Origin: Lama guanicoe
Lineage: Eukaryota
Reading direction: 5' to 3'
Assembly (NCBI GenBank): GCA_013239625.1
Contig: MU053645.1
Location: forward strand, 186,001 to 250,000
DNA: 64,000 nucleotides
The notes under the pieces were generated by a model. The model did no database searches. It was not told where the DNA came from and worked only from the letters and a program-made list of their open reading frames with translations. Both the position numbers and the translations under genes were made by a program. Shown piece by piece: positions 23,531-36,955 of the stretch (positions are counted from its first letter, which is position 1; the number at the start of each line of letters is the position of its first letter).

Positions 23531-23545
23531 TAAAATGGGACTTAC

Positions 23546-23704
23546 GAACACTGAAGTGTTCACAGCCTGTCAACTTATCAATAGCTTTGCAGGCTTCCTC
23601 TGTCTTTAGCATTTCCTCTTGTCTTCTTTTACTTTCTGGGTCATCGTTCAAAATCTTGTTCCTCAGCCAGGTCAGATGATATACCCGAAGTCTGTTCTTA
23701 TGGC
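23546..23704 (-). CDS. NRK: NRK exon ~23, CNH (HKNRLRVYHLTWLRNKILNDDPESK...GCEHFSV)
   Basis: ctatcag acceptor, C|gtaagt donor, 159 nt. Confidence 0.95.
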
Positions 23705-25624
23705 CTGATAGATAAGAAAAAATGCAGTGTTTCAATTCAGTCAATTTTTTATATATTAGAAGAACAAAAGAGGTAAAGATATTTTGCCTGCTTAATCAAA
23801 TGTTTTCATTAAAGTAAAAGCATTTTTTAAAAATGACACTGCAGCAGAGTCTTCCCTTGAGAGTTTGGAAATGTGATTGCAAAGTTTCTCTTAGTCTCTC
23901 ACTTCTAAGAGATAGCAGAAGTGTCTACCAGCTGCCTATGTGGAAGGGAATGTAAAATACTTCTTTGGGACAGGTTAAGACTGCCACTGTATGGGCAACA
24001 GAATTACTATCCACTCATTTATAGCTTGGCTTTTATCTAAGTCATGACTTTTCTGGGATTCAGAGACCCAGAAGCTGTCTCTGGTAGAGTGTATATATGA
24101 AAAGGATGTCAAATGTATTGATTGTTAGGCATTCAGGGCCAGGGAGATGGGTCTCTGTACTCTTTCATTCCTGCATATTTACAAAATAATTGAACAGTTT
24201 TATTATTTTTTCTCAACCTAATTTATCTCTAATGTTAACTTTCTAATTGTAAATCCCATCAAATTCTTACAATTCCTTCAGGAAAAACAAGCCATTAAAA
24301 TAGCACATTTCTTTTCATTAAAGATAGTGACTTTATACTCATTTTTAGGGTTTATGATTACAAGATTAGTAGGCCCAACAGTAAGATTCTTATTTCTGTA
24401 ATTAATCTTAAATATGTTTTACATGACATTTTTTGAAGCAGTGTTAGAATTCAAGCATCTATATCTATTGCTATTCTATTCCTCAATGGTAAAATAAATT
24501 TGAGCTCTAAACTATTAGGTATATGTCTGCTCTGATGTTCTCAGTACTATTTAATGCAAAATAATCCACATTTAAGAGAAACTTAAACATTAAAAGGAGT
24601 ACGTTTGGGTTAGAGAAAGCTGGATAAAAAGTAAAGAAATCTGTTATCCAGATGTACAGCCTATAAACCACCCAGATGCTTTCAAAAACTAAATGTTGCT
24701 TCTATGTGCCTCAAGCAATTTTAATGAATGACTATGACACACAATCAAAAAAATTATGAAACTTTAGTATATCTATAGAGATTTTTCTCCTCTAAACAAA
24801 ACTTAAAGCAAAGTTAATCATATTTAGGACTATACATAATCATTAATTAACGTGCAACATGGGCTGTTAGGTATAGACAGGAAGTGTATAAACACATGCA
24901 AATAACTGTGATTAACATCATTTTATTCTACAGTCAAACCACTTAAAATTTTTTTCCCTAATCTTTCAACAGTCATTTTTTTACCTACAGTCAGCATTAA
25001 TGTTAGTGCTTTCCTGATACCAAGTACTGTTTATTAATGACAATAATTATTAACATCCATTTACTTCCTCTCTCATATTCAAAGGTACAGGCTCTGACTA
25101 AGAAGTTCAACTACTATCTGGGAATAATGAGGAGGTCTTAGCGGATCCATTATTCTTACCAACCCTATCTGTAGGCTCTTATGATAAGGTTACGCCAGAG
25201 ACGACAGAGTCTCATTTTTACCCAGTTATTGTCCTCTTTGTTCTTTGTTGCTTCTGACACATAGTTAAAAAAGGTGTATGGTGGAGGTTAGTGTGGTCGT
25301 GTGTGCATGGGTGTGTGAAGCTGTGAGTTGTGAAGTTGTAAGCGGTTACTCAGAAAAGACCTGAAAGGGTGCAAATGACATGGTTTTTCTTATCTCTGAC
25401 CTAGGACAGGTGCATTACAATCAAATATCCAGACACCAAAGGACAGTCAGAAGTTTAAACCGTAAATAGATAAGAAAATAAAAGTAGGAAAGCTTGGTGT
25501 CCCAATTAAAAGTTAAATTTAAAGTGTTTTCCTCTGAACACTTTCACCTGAAAAAGTCTTTAGCCTAGTTTGCAACCTAATTAATCTGCATAATTACTCA
25601 GCTAATTTTAGTTCTTAAACAAAC

Positions 25625-25768
25625 CAGAGATGGTAATCAGCAAATTGAGTGGCTCTACAACTTGAATCTGACGGAATGGTCTTCGCTTTATAAGTTTAGT
25701 AATGTCTGCCTTTCCGCTTCTGTCCATCAGATACAGATTAGATCGCGTTCCCAACAGCAAATTCACTC
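25625..25768 (-). CDS. NRK: NRK exon ~22, CNH (VNLLLGTRSNLYLMDRSGKADITKLIKRRPFRQIQVVEPLNLLITIS)
   Basis: aaacag acceptor, G|gtttgt donor, 144 nt. Confidence 0.94.
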
Positions 25769-26417
25769 CTGTTTGTATATAAAAAGAAAAGTGTTATGTT
25801 AGCTCAGATTACATTTTTATAATTTAATTTATATTAGTATTTTTGCTACTCCAGTGTGCTGATCTATATAAAGGTAAAGTTTATCATTTTAGGCTAGTGT
25901 TAACTTCATTTTGTGTAAAAATGAACTCTCTACCAACAGAACAAGTTGATTTTCATTAAAATATAGAAGATAATACCCTCTGGCAAAAATCTACTGGCTG
26001 GTGTCTAGAGTGACATCACAAAAATAGAATTTTATGTATATCTCAGCACCTTTTAGTAATGTTCCAAACTTTATAAAAATCAATCAACTCTTTTGAAAGT
26101 TACCATTAAATATTAAAGATACTTAGCACATGTAAAGACTCCAATTCAGTTGGCCTCTCATTCCTAACTATAACTAAAGGTTTTAAAGCTTTTAAAATAA
26201 TTATATGTAAATTGTTTTAAACTGAGTGATTCTGTGTTCATTCATATATTAAAAAACTTACATTGCTAAATGCCTATAAAATTAGTACCTACTTTCATAC
26301 ATCTAAATTCCTATACTGTTATTTGTCTGCTGGCTCTATTCATTCAAACATAAGCACTGTTTAAAGCCTGAATGAGAAGACTAAAATAGAAGATTGAACT
26401 AAAGTTAGAATTCACTT

Positions 26418-28193
26418 CAGATGGGGGTCAGGATCAAGAAGGTGTAGTAGGAAGACCCTGAACACATCTTTTTCTATGGGCACACCAATATCACCACTAT
26501 TTACAGAGCAACTATCTATGAGAATGACCTGAAGACTAGCAGAAAAGATTTTCCACAAATAAAGATATAAAGAAGGAGCCACAAGATGGGAAGGAATGGC
26601 AGAGATGTGTTATAGTAAGGACCCACACCCCAAGGTCAATGACTCACAAACAAGAGGGATATCATAATCACAGAGGTCCTCTTCAAGGAGCAAGGGGTCC
26701 AAGCCCCGCATTGGGTTCCCCAGCCTAGGGGTCTGACATTGGGAAGATGAGCTCCCAGAACATCTGACTTTGAAAGTCAAGTGGGGCTTATATCCAGAAA
26801 AGCCAGAGGGCCATAGGAAAAAGAAACTCCACTCTTAAAGGGCATGTACACAATCTCACATGCTCCAACTTCTAGGGCAGACGGAGTAGTTTGAAAGGTC
26901 CCTGGGTCAGACCCACTTGATCTTGGAGAATCCCCCTGGAGAGGCAGAAGGCAGCTGGGACACCCCCAGGGTACTGAGACACTGGGAGCAACCATTTTGG
27001 GGATTTTGTTCTACCACGCTGACATCAGTCCTGACAAGCACCATTTTTGAATCCTCCCCCTTGCCTATTAGCACTGGAAGCTTACCTCATCCACTTACAG
27101 GGCCCCAACAATTGCATACCACCAGACTGCACAGCCATTTGCATAGGAAGACTGCCCTGCCCACAAGTGAACCCACAGCAGCTGTGAATTGCCAGGCTGC
27201 ATAGTCAGTCATGTGAGGAGTCTACACTACCCAGAAGCAAGCTGGCAGCAGTTGTGTGGCACTGAGCTACATAGCCAGCCATGCAGGGAGTAGCAGGCCC
27301 ATAACAATCACATAAGGCAGAGCCTTATAGCCAGCCAGGATAGGGAACAGCCCAACCTACCAACGCACACACAGTATTTGGTCCTAATACAACAGAAACA
27401 CACAGCTCACATAGGAGACACCCCTGGAGCATCTAGTTCTGGTGGCCAGAGGGGAGTATGCTGCTGGACCCCACAAAACATCTCCTACATAAGGCTACTT
27501 CTCCAAGATGGGAAGATACAACAGACCTACCTAAAACATAGAAGTGAAAACAGAGAATTATGCAAAATGAGGAGACTAAGGAGTATGTTTCAAATGAAAG
27601 TACAAGATAAAATATCAGAAAAAGAAATAAATAAAATGAGATAAGCAATCTACCTGATAAAGAGTTCAAGATAATAATTTTTAAAGATGTTCACAAACTG
27701 AGAAGAATGGATGAACAGAAAATTTCAACAGAGCTAGAAAATATGAAAAAGAACCAATCAGAGATAAAGAAACAACAGAAATAAAAATTAAAGGAATTAC
27801 AAGTAGATTACATAATACAAAAGAATGGATCAGTGATCTGGAAGACAGAGTAGCGAAAATCACCCAAGATGAACAGAAAAAAAGAAGAAAGAGTGTAAAA
27901 AAAATGAGGATAGTTTAAGGACCTCTGGGACAATATCAAGCATACTAACATCCATGTAATAGGGGTCCCATAAAGGGAAGAGAGAGAGAGAAAGGGGCAG
28001 AGAACTTATTTGAAGATGTAATAGCTGAAAATTTCCCTAACCTGGGGAAAGAGACAGATACCAGGTCCAAGAAGTAGATAGTTATTTGAGTTATAATAGT
28101 GATCATTTCATAAAGTATTTAAATGTCCAATCATTATGCTGCACACCTGAATCTAACATAATATTGTACATCAACTATGTTTCAATTTAAAAA
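26418..28193 (+). mobile_element. Internally deleted L1: 5'UTR + partial ORF1 joined to 3'UTR/polyA
   Basis: 5' end gggggtcaggatcaagaaggtg; decayed ORF1 (MRRLRSMFQMKVQDKISEKE); tail ttatgctgcacacctgaatctaacataatattgtacatcaactat; flanking aattcactt repeats. Confidence 0.8.
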
Positions 28194-29328
28194 AATTCAC
28201 TTTAAAACTCTGTGGCATTTTTCCCCTTAGCCTTAGACACAGAAGGAAATTAGCAAACTAATGTAAGAGAAAGCACTTTACTGTCTTCAATCTACTTGGA
28301 CAACATTTATTCTCCAAGCGTATAAGGATAAAAGCCGTGTCTTGGTCTTCATTTTCCCACCCTGTCCTTTACCAGTTCTCTAAGTAACACCCAGTGACAG
28401 GTATAGGAACTGCATCTTCTTCCCACAAGGGAATCAGAGAGGGAAGGAAAAGTATAATAAATTTTGACTATAATCTTTAGTTTTTCAAATTATAAAACTA
28501 CAAGTTATTAAAATGAGTTACTGGATATTAAGTTCATCTCTGGGTAGTTGCCTGTCTGAAATGATAATGAAATAAACTTGCTTTCTGGTTATCTGACACA
28601 TTATATTAGTAGAACTTTGAGGCATGCTTTTTTCCTAAGTTGTTTAATCCACCTAACTACAATGTTTGCTACACGGATCTACATTTAATTTAAAATTCTG
28701 TCCTCTGTTTAACCATACATTAAGCAAAATCTATGAAATTGCAGGTTGGAGGTTGGCATTTACTCTGGATTTTTCCCTTCCTTGCATTAATTTATTCTGC
28801 TTCATTTATGATTAAGACTAGCTTGAAGTAAAATATTGTCTCAGCATTACCAATGTGGTTATAATTCTTCTGGAAAGAAAAAGTCTATCAAATTTAAGAT
28901 ATTATAGAATGAACTTTCTCTACAAATCCACAAGATTTTTTAAAAACAAGAATCTAAAGAAATCATTCTTGTAATATCTCATTAGGTATTACATGCTGCA
29001 CACTACCCTAAATCTCTGAATTAAAAACAGTAAGCTTGAATTTTCAAATAATCATAACCTAGTCCAATTTTATCTTTTAGCCAAGTTAATTCAGTTTATA
29101 AAGAAAAACAGAATAAAAAGGGGAGGGAGCAATACAAACATCAAACTGTATTGAGTGAAAATAAATCAGCAAATATATAAATAAATAAATAAATAAGCAA
29201 ATTAACTACTCTCTATACATATTGGGAATGGTTTGTCAATAGCAAACACATGTTTTACATCTATGATTTTTCACAGGTTTGCTATATAGATAAAAATACA
29301 TTCTTTAGAAAACAACTCAGAAACTCAC

Positions 29329-29484
29329 CCCACAAAGAACCACAGCAGATCTCAGAAGTGAATTCCTTTTCATACATGTGGATTAGTGGTTTTTTACATG
29401 CAGGAGAGACATATAGTGGGTTAACATTGACCTCAGAGGGTCGCTTAGATGACTTCTCAGATACTTCCACTAATCCAGCATATA
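29329..29484 (-). CDS. NRK: NRK exon ~21, start of CNH domain (YAGLVEV...SEVNVNPLYVSPACKKPLIHMYEKEFTSEICCGSLW)
   Basis: ttcacag acceptor, G|gtgagt donor, 156 nt; VNVNP and FTSEICC motifs as in GCK-IV kinases. Confidence 0.95.
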
Positions 29485-29951
29485 CTGTGAAGAGAAGATA
29501 TTGAGGGAAACTACTAGTGTATATACCATATGTGCTTGAGTATTTTCACAAATGAGTCCAAGCCTAGAAAAATTCCTTTTCCTTTATCGTATTTTATTTT
29601 TTACTGGTTATCATTTCTATAACTCCTAAACCATCAGGTAACACAAATCAAGATGGTGAAAAATACATTTCTGAAAATGAATGTCTTCCAAGTTACTGTA
29701 AGTAGATTGCAAATGAAATCTAAATGAGGGACTCAATTTCTCAACTGTAGTTCGAATTTAGGTGCCATAAAGATTTAGTGAAGAGTAGATTAAATCCAGT
29801 TTAGTGAAGAGTAGATACATATTCAGTTGAATTTATGTCAACTGCATATCAGAATAATTTCATTCTTTTCTGATCATGAACTAGTGGTCAAAGACTGTAT
29901 TTAATATGTGAACAGACTGCCGCACTTGGAGATTATATTAAACACACTTAC

Positions 29952-30138
29952 AGATGGCACTGGCAAAGTCAGTATTTGCAGCCCTCTCAGAACCATTGGA
30001 AGGAGATGAGTGGCTGGCAGAAAAACCTGATTCTGTTGATACTTCTGATATGTCCATACTGTCATTCTCATCATCAGGCGCTACAAGTGCAGCATCTGAG
30101 GCAATGGCATTTGAGGCCTCACTTCTACCACATGGCTC
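29952..30138 (-). CDS. NRK: NRK exon ~20 (EPCGRSEASNAIASDAAL...NTDFASAI)
   Basis: ctttcag acceptor, T|gtaagt donor, 187 nt. Confidence 0.93.
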
Positions 30139-30429
30139 CTGAAAGAAGATCAAAAATTGATTTTCAATTCATTAGGAAATTAACAGTGAGAGAAACATAA
30201 TATCCCTACAAGTCATCAGAAAAAGATAATGCAAAATTTGTAACATCTATAATTCCTCATCTTTATAAAATCCACACTTAACCAGAACTCACCAATGCCA
30301 TCAGAAGACAAAGAACTAGTCTATATTGACAAAGAACTAGTCTATATTGAGACAATTGATGTCAGAGTAGAAATTCAAGGAGTGTGAAATCCTTAGCTGT
30401 ACCATTTGAGGATCTAAAATTTATGGGAT

Positions 30430-30630
30430 TTTTACTATGCAACAGGTACTCTGCTAGGCACCTTATTTACATATTGTTGTGAAGACTCACAACAATCCAA
30501 AAAGTAATTCTGATTATCTCCATTTTACTTACAAGGAAACTAAAGCTTAGTGAAGTTAAATAAGTTATTCAAGGTCATGGGGGGGGGGATCAGTTTGAAG
30601 CCAAAGTCTGTTTGATTCCAAAGCTTATAT
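30430..30630 (-). mobile_element. MIR SINE
   Basis: ctccattttacttacaaggaaactaaagcttagtgaagttaaataagttattcaaggtca. Confidence 0.75.
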
Positions 30631-31319
30631 TCATCCATGCTGTGCCAGCTACTTGAAAAAATAAAAAGCATCAGTGTGGGGGATTCAGTTCCATTTTGTC
30701 AAATGACCAAGCTAATGATGGAAAATCAATCAACATATTCAAGAGTGTGAACATGCCTCAGTGAAAATTCAGCCAGCTTTCATTAACTTACAGAGAAACT
30801 CAAGGATAAAAGCCACAAAATTTGACAGTTTATGTGGGATGCCATACCCTGTGGAAAAACATACCAACTGTTTTTGGTAAGTCTGTCTATTGATAAATAT
30901 TTCTTTGTATCTCAACAGTGATTCTTGGCATTGAGACAGTTGTGCTGCCCTGTCAAAGACTTGTTTTTTATGACCTTTCCTTCCACAAAATTGTTGTATG
31001 GTAAACATGTCCTTTTAAAATTAAAATGAAAGGAAGATCCATTTACTCTGTAAATGTCAAAAACAATCTTGAGATAACTGGAGATACCCAGGGGTGCTAT
31101 GAAAACTATGCTGGGACATCTTGCTTTAATGTCTCTAATTAAGATAAGTAGTTAGGTAGGTGGATGGAAAGATAGAGATGAGAAAGAGAGAGAGACACAC
31201 ACACACACACAGAGGCAGAGACAAAGACACATACTTTCCCACTGATACTCCTTTCCCATTGGAAACCATCTAGGAGTTTCCTTCCTCTCCATTTTCTTTG
31301 TTTCCTTCCTTTATTGATT

Positions 31320-31750
31320 TCTTCCATAATAATTGTGTGCCTATCATAGACTAATCCCTAGACTGGATGCTAGGATTGGGTGAGTGTGTAAATAAAAGTA
31401 ATTAAAGATGGATTAAACATAGTTCCTGCCTCTTTTAAGAGTTCATAATCTATTGTGACAGAAGAGCAAGTAAACAAATTGCTAAATGACTATGTCATAC
31501 GTACTAAAATAAAATGATGGGAAAAATATTTACAATCACAGATAAAGGGGTGTATAAATCTCCCCTGGAAAGTCAAAGATGATATATAAGTTGGATCATG
31601 AAATATAACTAGTTCACCAAGCAGAGAAGAGGTGAGGGGGAAGACTTATAGACAGGGAGAACAGCTTGCACAAGGTCGCTAATTCATGAAAGCGTGGCAT
31701 CTTTTATGCTAGCTTGTATGATAGGATAATAGGCTGGGAAAGTAAATTGG
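31320..31750 (-). mobile_element. L2 3' fragment, degraded
   Basis: catagttcctgcctcttttaagagttcataatcta; gacagggagaacagcttgcacaagg. Confidence 0.55.
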
Positions 31751-31994
31751 CATGATCTTTCCTCTGTCTGGAATCTCACCTGTGTTTTTAGATATCCAAA
31801 TACTCCCCATTTGTCAAGAATTAGTTCATATACCACATGCTCCAGGAAATAGTCTCTGTGATAATTCCTATTGATCTAGCATCTGTGAAGCTACTTGAGT
31901 GTTTAAAACCTATCTATAAAATCAGTAAATGTTTTGTGAATGACGAAATCATTGTCTAAACACAGTACACTACTTCTGTTTAAATTGTATGTGT

Positions 31995-32560
31995 TAATGG
32001 TTCCTCAAAAGTTAAAATAGAATCTAGTATTTCTGCTCCTAGGTATATATCTCAAATAATTGAAAACAGGGACTCCAATGACAGATACTCATACAACAAT
32101 GTTTACAGCAGCATTCTTCATGGTAGCCAAAAGGTGAGAATCAAACAAGTGTCCAACAACAGACGAATGGATAAACAAAATATGATATATTCTGACTATG
32201 ATATGACTATGGAATGCTATTCAAGCCTTGAAAAGGAAGGAAATTTTGATACATGCTACCATGGATGAACCTTGAAAACATTATGCTAAGTGAAATAAGC
32301 CAGACCAAAAAAGACAAATATTGTGTGATTCTGCTTATATAATGTGCCTAGACAGAAAGTAGCATAGATGTTATTGGGAACTGGGGGGAGGGACAATGGG
32401 GAGTTAATTGTTTAATTGTTTGAGATGATGAAAAATTTCCAGAAACAAATATTAGTAACAGTTGTACAACATTGTGAATGTATGGATTAATTTCACTGAA
32501 TTGTACACTTAAAGTGGTTAAAATGAAAAAAATTATGTTACGCATATTTTATCACAACAA
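31995..32560 (+). mobile_element. L1M 3' end
   Basis: catggatgaaccttgaaaacattatgctaagtgaaataagccagac; cactgaattgtacacttaaagtggttaaaatg. Confidence 0.88.
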
Positions 32561-32683
32561 AAACTTCCCAGAAAAAATGTATGTGTTAACAGACAATATT
32601 TTATGATCTGAGTAATAAAGGCAAACAAAGAAAATATATTTGTCTCTGGAAGAAAATAGAAGCCATTCAAATTAGAAGAAATA

Positions 32684-32702
32684 CACACACACACACACAC
32701 AC
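32684..32702 (+). repeat. (CA)n microsatellite
   Basis: Directly visible. Confidence 0.85.
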
Positions 32703-32843
32703 ATACAGCTATAATTTAAGATGTTTAAGACTTTGTGATGAAAGTTTAAAATATATTTGGAATGGCTGGAAACATGGCATATCACATGAAGAAACACATT
32801 CACAAGGAGAGGAATTCATTTTCGTTTTCAACTGGTGCATTAC

Positions 32844-33180
32844 CTCTAGTTGATGTTCAAAGTCCTGGGATGCTGGTCTTTCTAATACTGGATCATCCAT
32901 CTCTGAGCAATTTTCTCCTCCACTGAGTTCAAGGGCTTCACTCTCTTCATTGGTTCCACTGACTCTCTCACCTTCATTACTCTCCTTGCCTCTTCTTCCA
33001 CTGCCTGTATTGGCTCTGTGTCCTTCATGGTCTCCAATGGCTGCACTGTCCCCACTGGCTGCATTTCCTCCATGGCTTCTATTAGCTCTCTGGCTTCTAT
33101 AGCGGCTGAAACTTCCTTCTCCCCTATCACTTCCAGCTTTACCATCTTGCTTGCAGCTTCCATCACTGCCATAGCTTGGC
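32844..33180 (-). CDS. NRK: NRK exon ~19 (PSYGSDGSCKQDGKAGSDRG...VLERPASQDFEHQLE)
   Basis: ttatcag acceptor, GAG|gtaatg donor, 337 nt; the frame is set by the neighbouring exons and differs from ORF-track 32882-33190. Confidence 0.92.
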
Positions 33181-34706
33181 CTGATAACAAGATCTAATTA
33201 ATGATAGAAAGCTACCCAGCAAAAATACATTTGAAAGTTAGCAAATGAAACAAAATTAGGATGTCTTATACATATGTACCATTTCCGGGCATGTTTTTGC
33301 TCTATGTGAACACTACTGGTATGATACAGACACAAAAAATGTCCCTATGTCCTATCAATCTTAAATACTGAATTAACATCATAGCCACCATCAACTCCCT
33401 GGCTGCATTTGGATGGCAGATGGAAGAGAACTTGCATCCTTCATTAGGAACATGTGTTAGGAATATATATTTTTTTTCTTAAATAATAGACTACTTCATG
33501 CATTAGCAACTTCACAGCCACATGATTAAGCCCATATTTTTGGCTAAACACATATTTGAATAATTCTTCTTGTGATATAAATTATGTTAATTTAAACATG
33601 TGCCTTCATTGTCTGATATGTGTATTATCTACTTTGCGACAGATTCCCATTGATTGTATTACTACTACCACCAGAAAGTTCAGTAATATAGATCTCATTA
33701 AATTAAGATAGTCATTTAATTACTTGCTAAGAACACCAAGCTTAGCAAAATGCCTCAGTGATCTTTTGCATAAGAGACAACATAAACATGTGCCTATGAC
33801 AATTCAAAGAGCAAATTTACTTGACAAGGGAATTCCTGGTAGTTTTTTTAGTTGACAAAAAAGAAAAGTGTTGAATGATCTGTAGTTTGTTCTGACATGT
33901 ATATCTCCAGTAACATTTAAAGAATAACAAAACAAAATATAGATTTCAATATTATAAAGCAAACAATTCTCCCACTGTTATTTATTTTTCTAAAAATATA
34001 AAAATGTACTATATTAATGAATCATCCTTGAGAGCAGTTTAAATGCAAACCATAAACATATGTAAATAAGAACATAGTGGCTGTTTGTAGAGTAGAAGCA
34101 AGTAACTATATATACAGCAAGCAGCTGGTGGTAGGCCAAAAACACTACTTCACTAAATATTATCACTTTGGGCAGCTACTCTATAAGAAGATAAAATTGA
34201 ATGAGTACTGAATTTAGTTACAGTAGTTTTCAGAATCCCAAGAATAATGCTATGTTAGTAAGCTGCAGTCTAAAACTATCAAACGAGCGTCAAGTTTGCA
34301 ATTCATTTTTCTCAGCAGATTTAGAGATTTTGTTCACAAACACCAGAACTTCATCTTACAGTTATTAAGTAGCACACTATTTAATTTGTCACCTCATTTA
34401 TCACATTCATTGTGGCTGTACAGGGTAGAATGATTCAGTAGCTTTAATTTTAACGGAAACACCCAGACAATTCCAGTTATAAAGAACCTAATAAATACTT
34501 CAGTGCTAATATAGTATTACAAGAAATGCAAGGTTAAGTGATTTGCATTAGAATAATTTAAAATCTATTATTGAAAATCAACAATTTATCAATGTACAAT
34601 GGAATTCATTCACCCTCTTGGTAATAAATTTTAAAAGTAAACCAGCAATGCAAATAGTTCTGAATTTATAAAACATGGATAGTGCAAGTAATCCAGAAAA
34701 ACCAAC

Positions 34707-35071
34707 CTTGGCCAACTAGGAACACCATCACGATTATTGTCTTTGTCATCAACATCCTCATCCTCATCACCACCATCATGGTCTTCACCAATATCATTAG
34801 CCTGATCAATCTGAATATCCAAGTCATCACTGCCATTGTCATGGTCATAGGTATCTTCATAAGCATCATTAGAATCATCATCATCACCATCAGTATCAGC
34901 ACCAGCATCATAGAGTTCAACATAATCACCATCCTCTTCAGGTGGCTGAATGACAGGTGCAGGAGTTAACCAATCATTCCGGAAGATTTCAGAGAGTGCA
35001 TTATAGCCTACCCATTCATTTGTCAAGTAAACGGGGGGTGATATTTTTCCTACTTTAAATCCATCTGGAAC
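34707..35071 (-). CDS. NRK: NRK exon ~18, Asp-rich (VPDGFKVGKISPPVYLTNEW...DGDDDDSNDAYED...GVPSWP)
   Basis: acacag acceptor, AG|gttggt donor, 365 nt; within ORF 34631-35083. Confidence 0.94.
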
Positions 35072-36084
35072 CTGTGTGCACAAGAAAGGTTAATATAGTC
35101 TTTAGTAGCCTTTCATTTTCTTCTAGATTGGAAAGTTTCCAAGCTGACAATATTTTAAAATATATTTTTGATTAAAATGAAGATGTTCACTCACTAGATA
35201 GAGCCAACATTTTTGTGAGGATGAGATGCCAAAACCGAAACCTCAGGCTGTGATCATTAATGGCCTTTCTGGATCACACAGGGCAAAATTCACTCACTTT
35301 ATTTTTAATTAGCCCTATTTGTCTGCTGAGAAATAGGCATTTGGTTTTGGTGCTGGATAGGGGAGTGATGATTTGATACTCTATGAAAGACAGTCCCTTT
35401 TTCCTTTTGTTTCATCTTCTGATGTTGCAATTAACACATAACTTTTAAATTGATATGTTAATTTCCCAGCTGTAGTTTTATATAACATAGGTTGTCTTAA
35501 AGTAATGTAAACACTTCTAAGAAGTAAATTACTATAAATCCATCTTTAAGTATGGTATATGTCATATAAGCAACCTTTGGGCAATTTGAAAGAGATGTGT
35601 GTGTGTGGTAGGGTAGAGGTAATTATAAAAGTAAAACAAAATGATCTGAAAGTGCACTATAAAAATGAAAGTCATTTTTGTTTATGAAATTAGAAGGCAT
35701 TTTATTTTTCACTAAATGTTTTATATTTATGCACTGCCTCATTATCCAAGAAATATTAGACAAAAATTGAGCATCTAACCTCTACTCCTTGAGATTAGCT
35801 TCTACACATAGCCTTTTATCACTCCTCTCTTGAATAATTTCTGACACAAGAATGTGAAAATAAAACATTTTATGATCAATTGAATGTTTTTCCATTTTTA
35901 AATTTAATTTCTAGATTTAATATTCTGCATACTCACATAGCAATGGAAATTTATATTTGAAAGATTAATTAAAATCTGAACACTAATGTTTCCCTCGAGT
36001 GAAGATTAAAATGTATAAGTCAAAAGAAATTGAAAATTAAAAAGAAAAGATACAACTATGTTAAGAGTTAAGATGAAAACCTAC

Positions 36085-36182
36085 ATGGACGTCAACAAGC
36101 AACTTCTGATCAATAGTAGAATAAGGCGGTGATGACTGGGACCTCCTCCTGGTCACAGGACTCTCTTCCTCAGAAGAGGATT
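36085..36182 (-). CDS. NRK: NRK exon ~17 (SSSEEESPVTRRRSQSSPPYSTIDQKLLVDVH)
   Basis: ccacag acceptor, CAT|gtaggt donor, 98 nt. Confidence 0.93.
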
Positions 36183-36744
36183 CTGTGGAATGCCAAAAAG
36201 ACATTAGTAACAGTGGTGATTACAGCTACTGACTTCATTTTTATAGTGTACCAGTTCAATTCTTTGATATTTTTCTTGTAGCTTCTATTCTAGGAGATAT
36301 CATCAGATAAATTCTTATGGGGCCAGGGCTCTATATTATTTTCAGAGGTAGTGACAAGCTCAAGGTTTGTTCTGTCTGTAGACCTACACAGTTTTTCTGT
36401 TTTTAATATTAAGTGTATACTTGTTAAATATTTCTATCTGGGTAAAAAAGGTGCACAGTAAGACTGGTATACAGACAGTTTTATTTAAAAAACATGTATC
36501 AAGAATAGGAAGGGCTGGGTGGTATCTCTGGCCTCCCATACTAACCAGTAGAAAAAGAGCCCAACAGCTCTTAGAAGATGATAGATTAGACAAAACTCTC
36601 AAGAGGAGAGTTAACTCTGCAATCGTAATCTCCCAATTTCTACTCAGTGATGTATCCTCAAGTATTTCAATGCAGTCAAGAAGTGAACAACTGAAAAGCG
36701 ACAAATCTTTGCCCTTTTTTATAAAGCTGGGAACCTTTCTATAC

Positions 36745-36955
36745 AGGTACTCTGCAATAGAAATTTCTGCAGTAATAGAAATGTTCCATATCTGCACTGT
36801 CCAATACAGTAGCCACGAGCTACACATGGCTATTGAACATTAGAAATATGGTCAGTGTGCCAGAGGGATTGGCTTTTAAATTTTATTTCATTTTCATTTT
36901 AGTTTTAATTTTAATAGTCACATTTTGCTGGTTGCATCACAATGCACAGCTCAGT
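36745..36955. mobile_element. MER3-like hAT-Charlie MITE
   Basis: gaaatgttccatatctgcactgtccaatacagtagccacgagctacacatggctattgaaca. Confidence 0.8.

Noticed and set aside
32882..33190. 102-aa alternative-frame ORF overlapping NRK exon ~19
   Set aside because: Splice phases of both neighbours fix the other frame; purine-rich low-complexity coding sequence often leaves a second frame open.
34666..34969. Met/Ile-rich ORFs on both strands
   Set aside because: Shadow frames of the (GAT)n-rich Asp codons of exon ~18.
36384..36843. Overlapping 147-aa and 140-aa ORFs on opposite strands
   Set aside because: Partly inside a MER3-like element, no domain similarity, no splice support.
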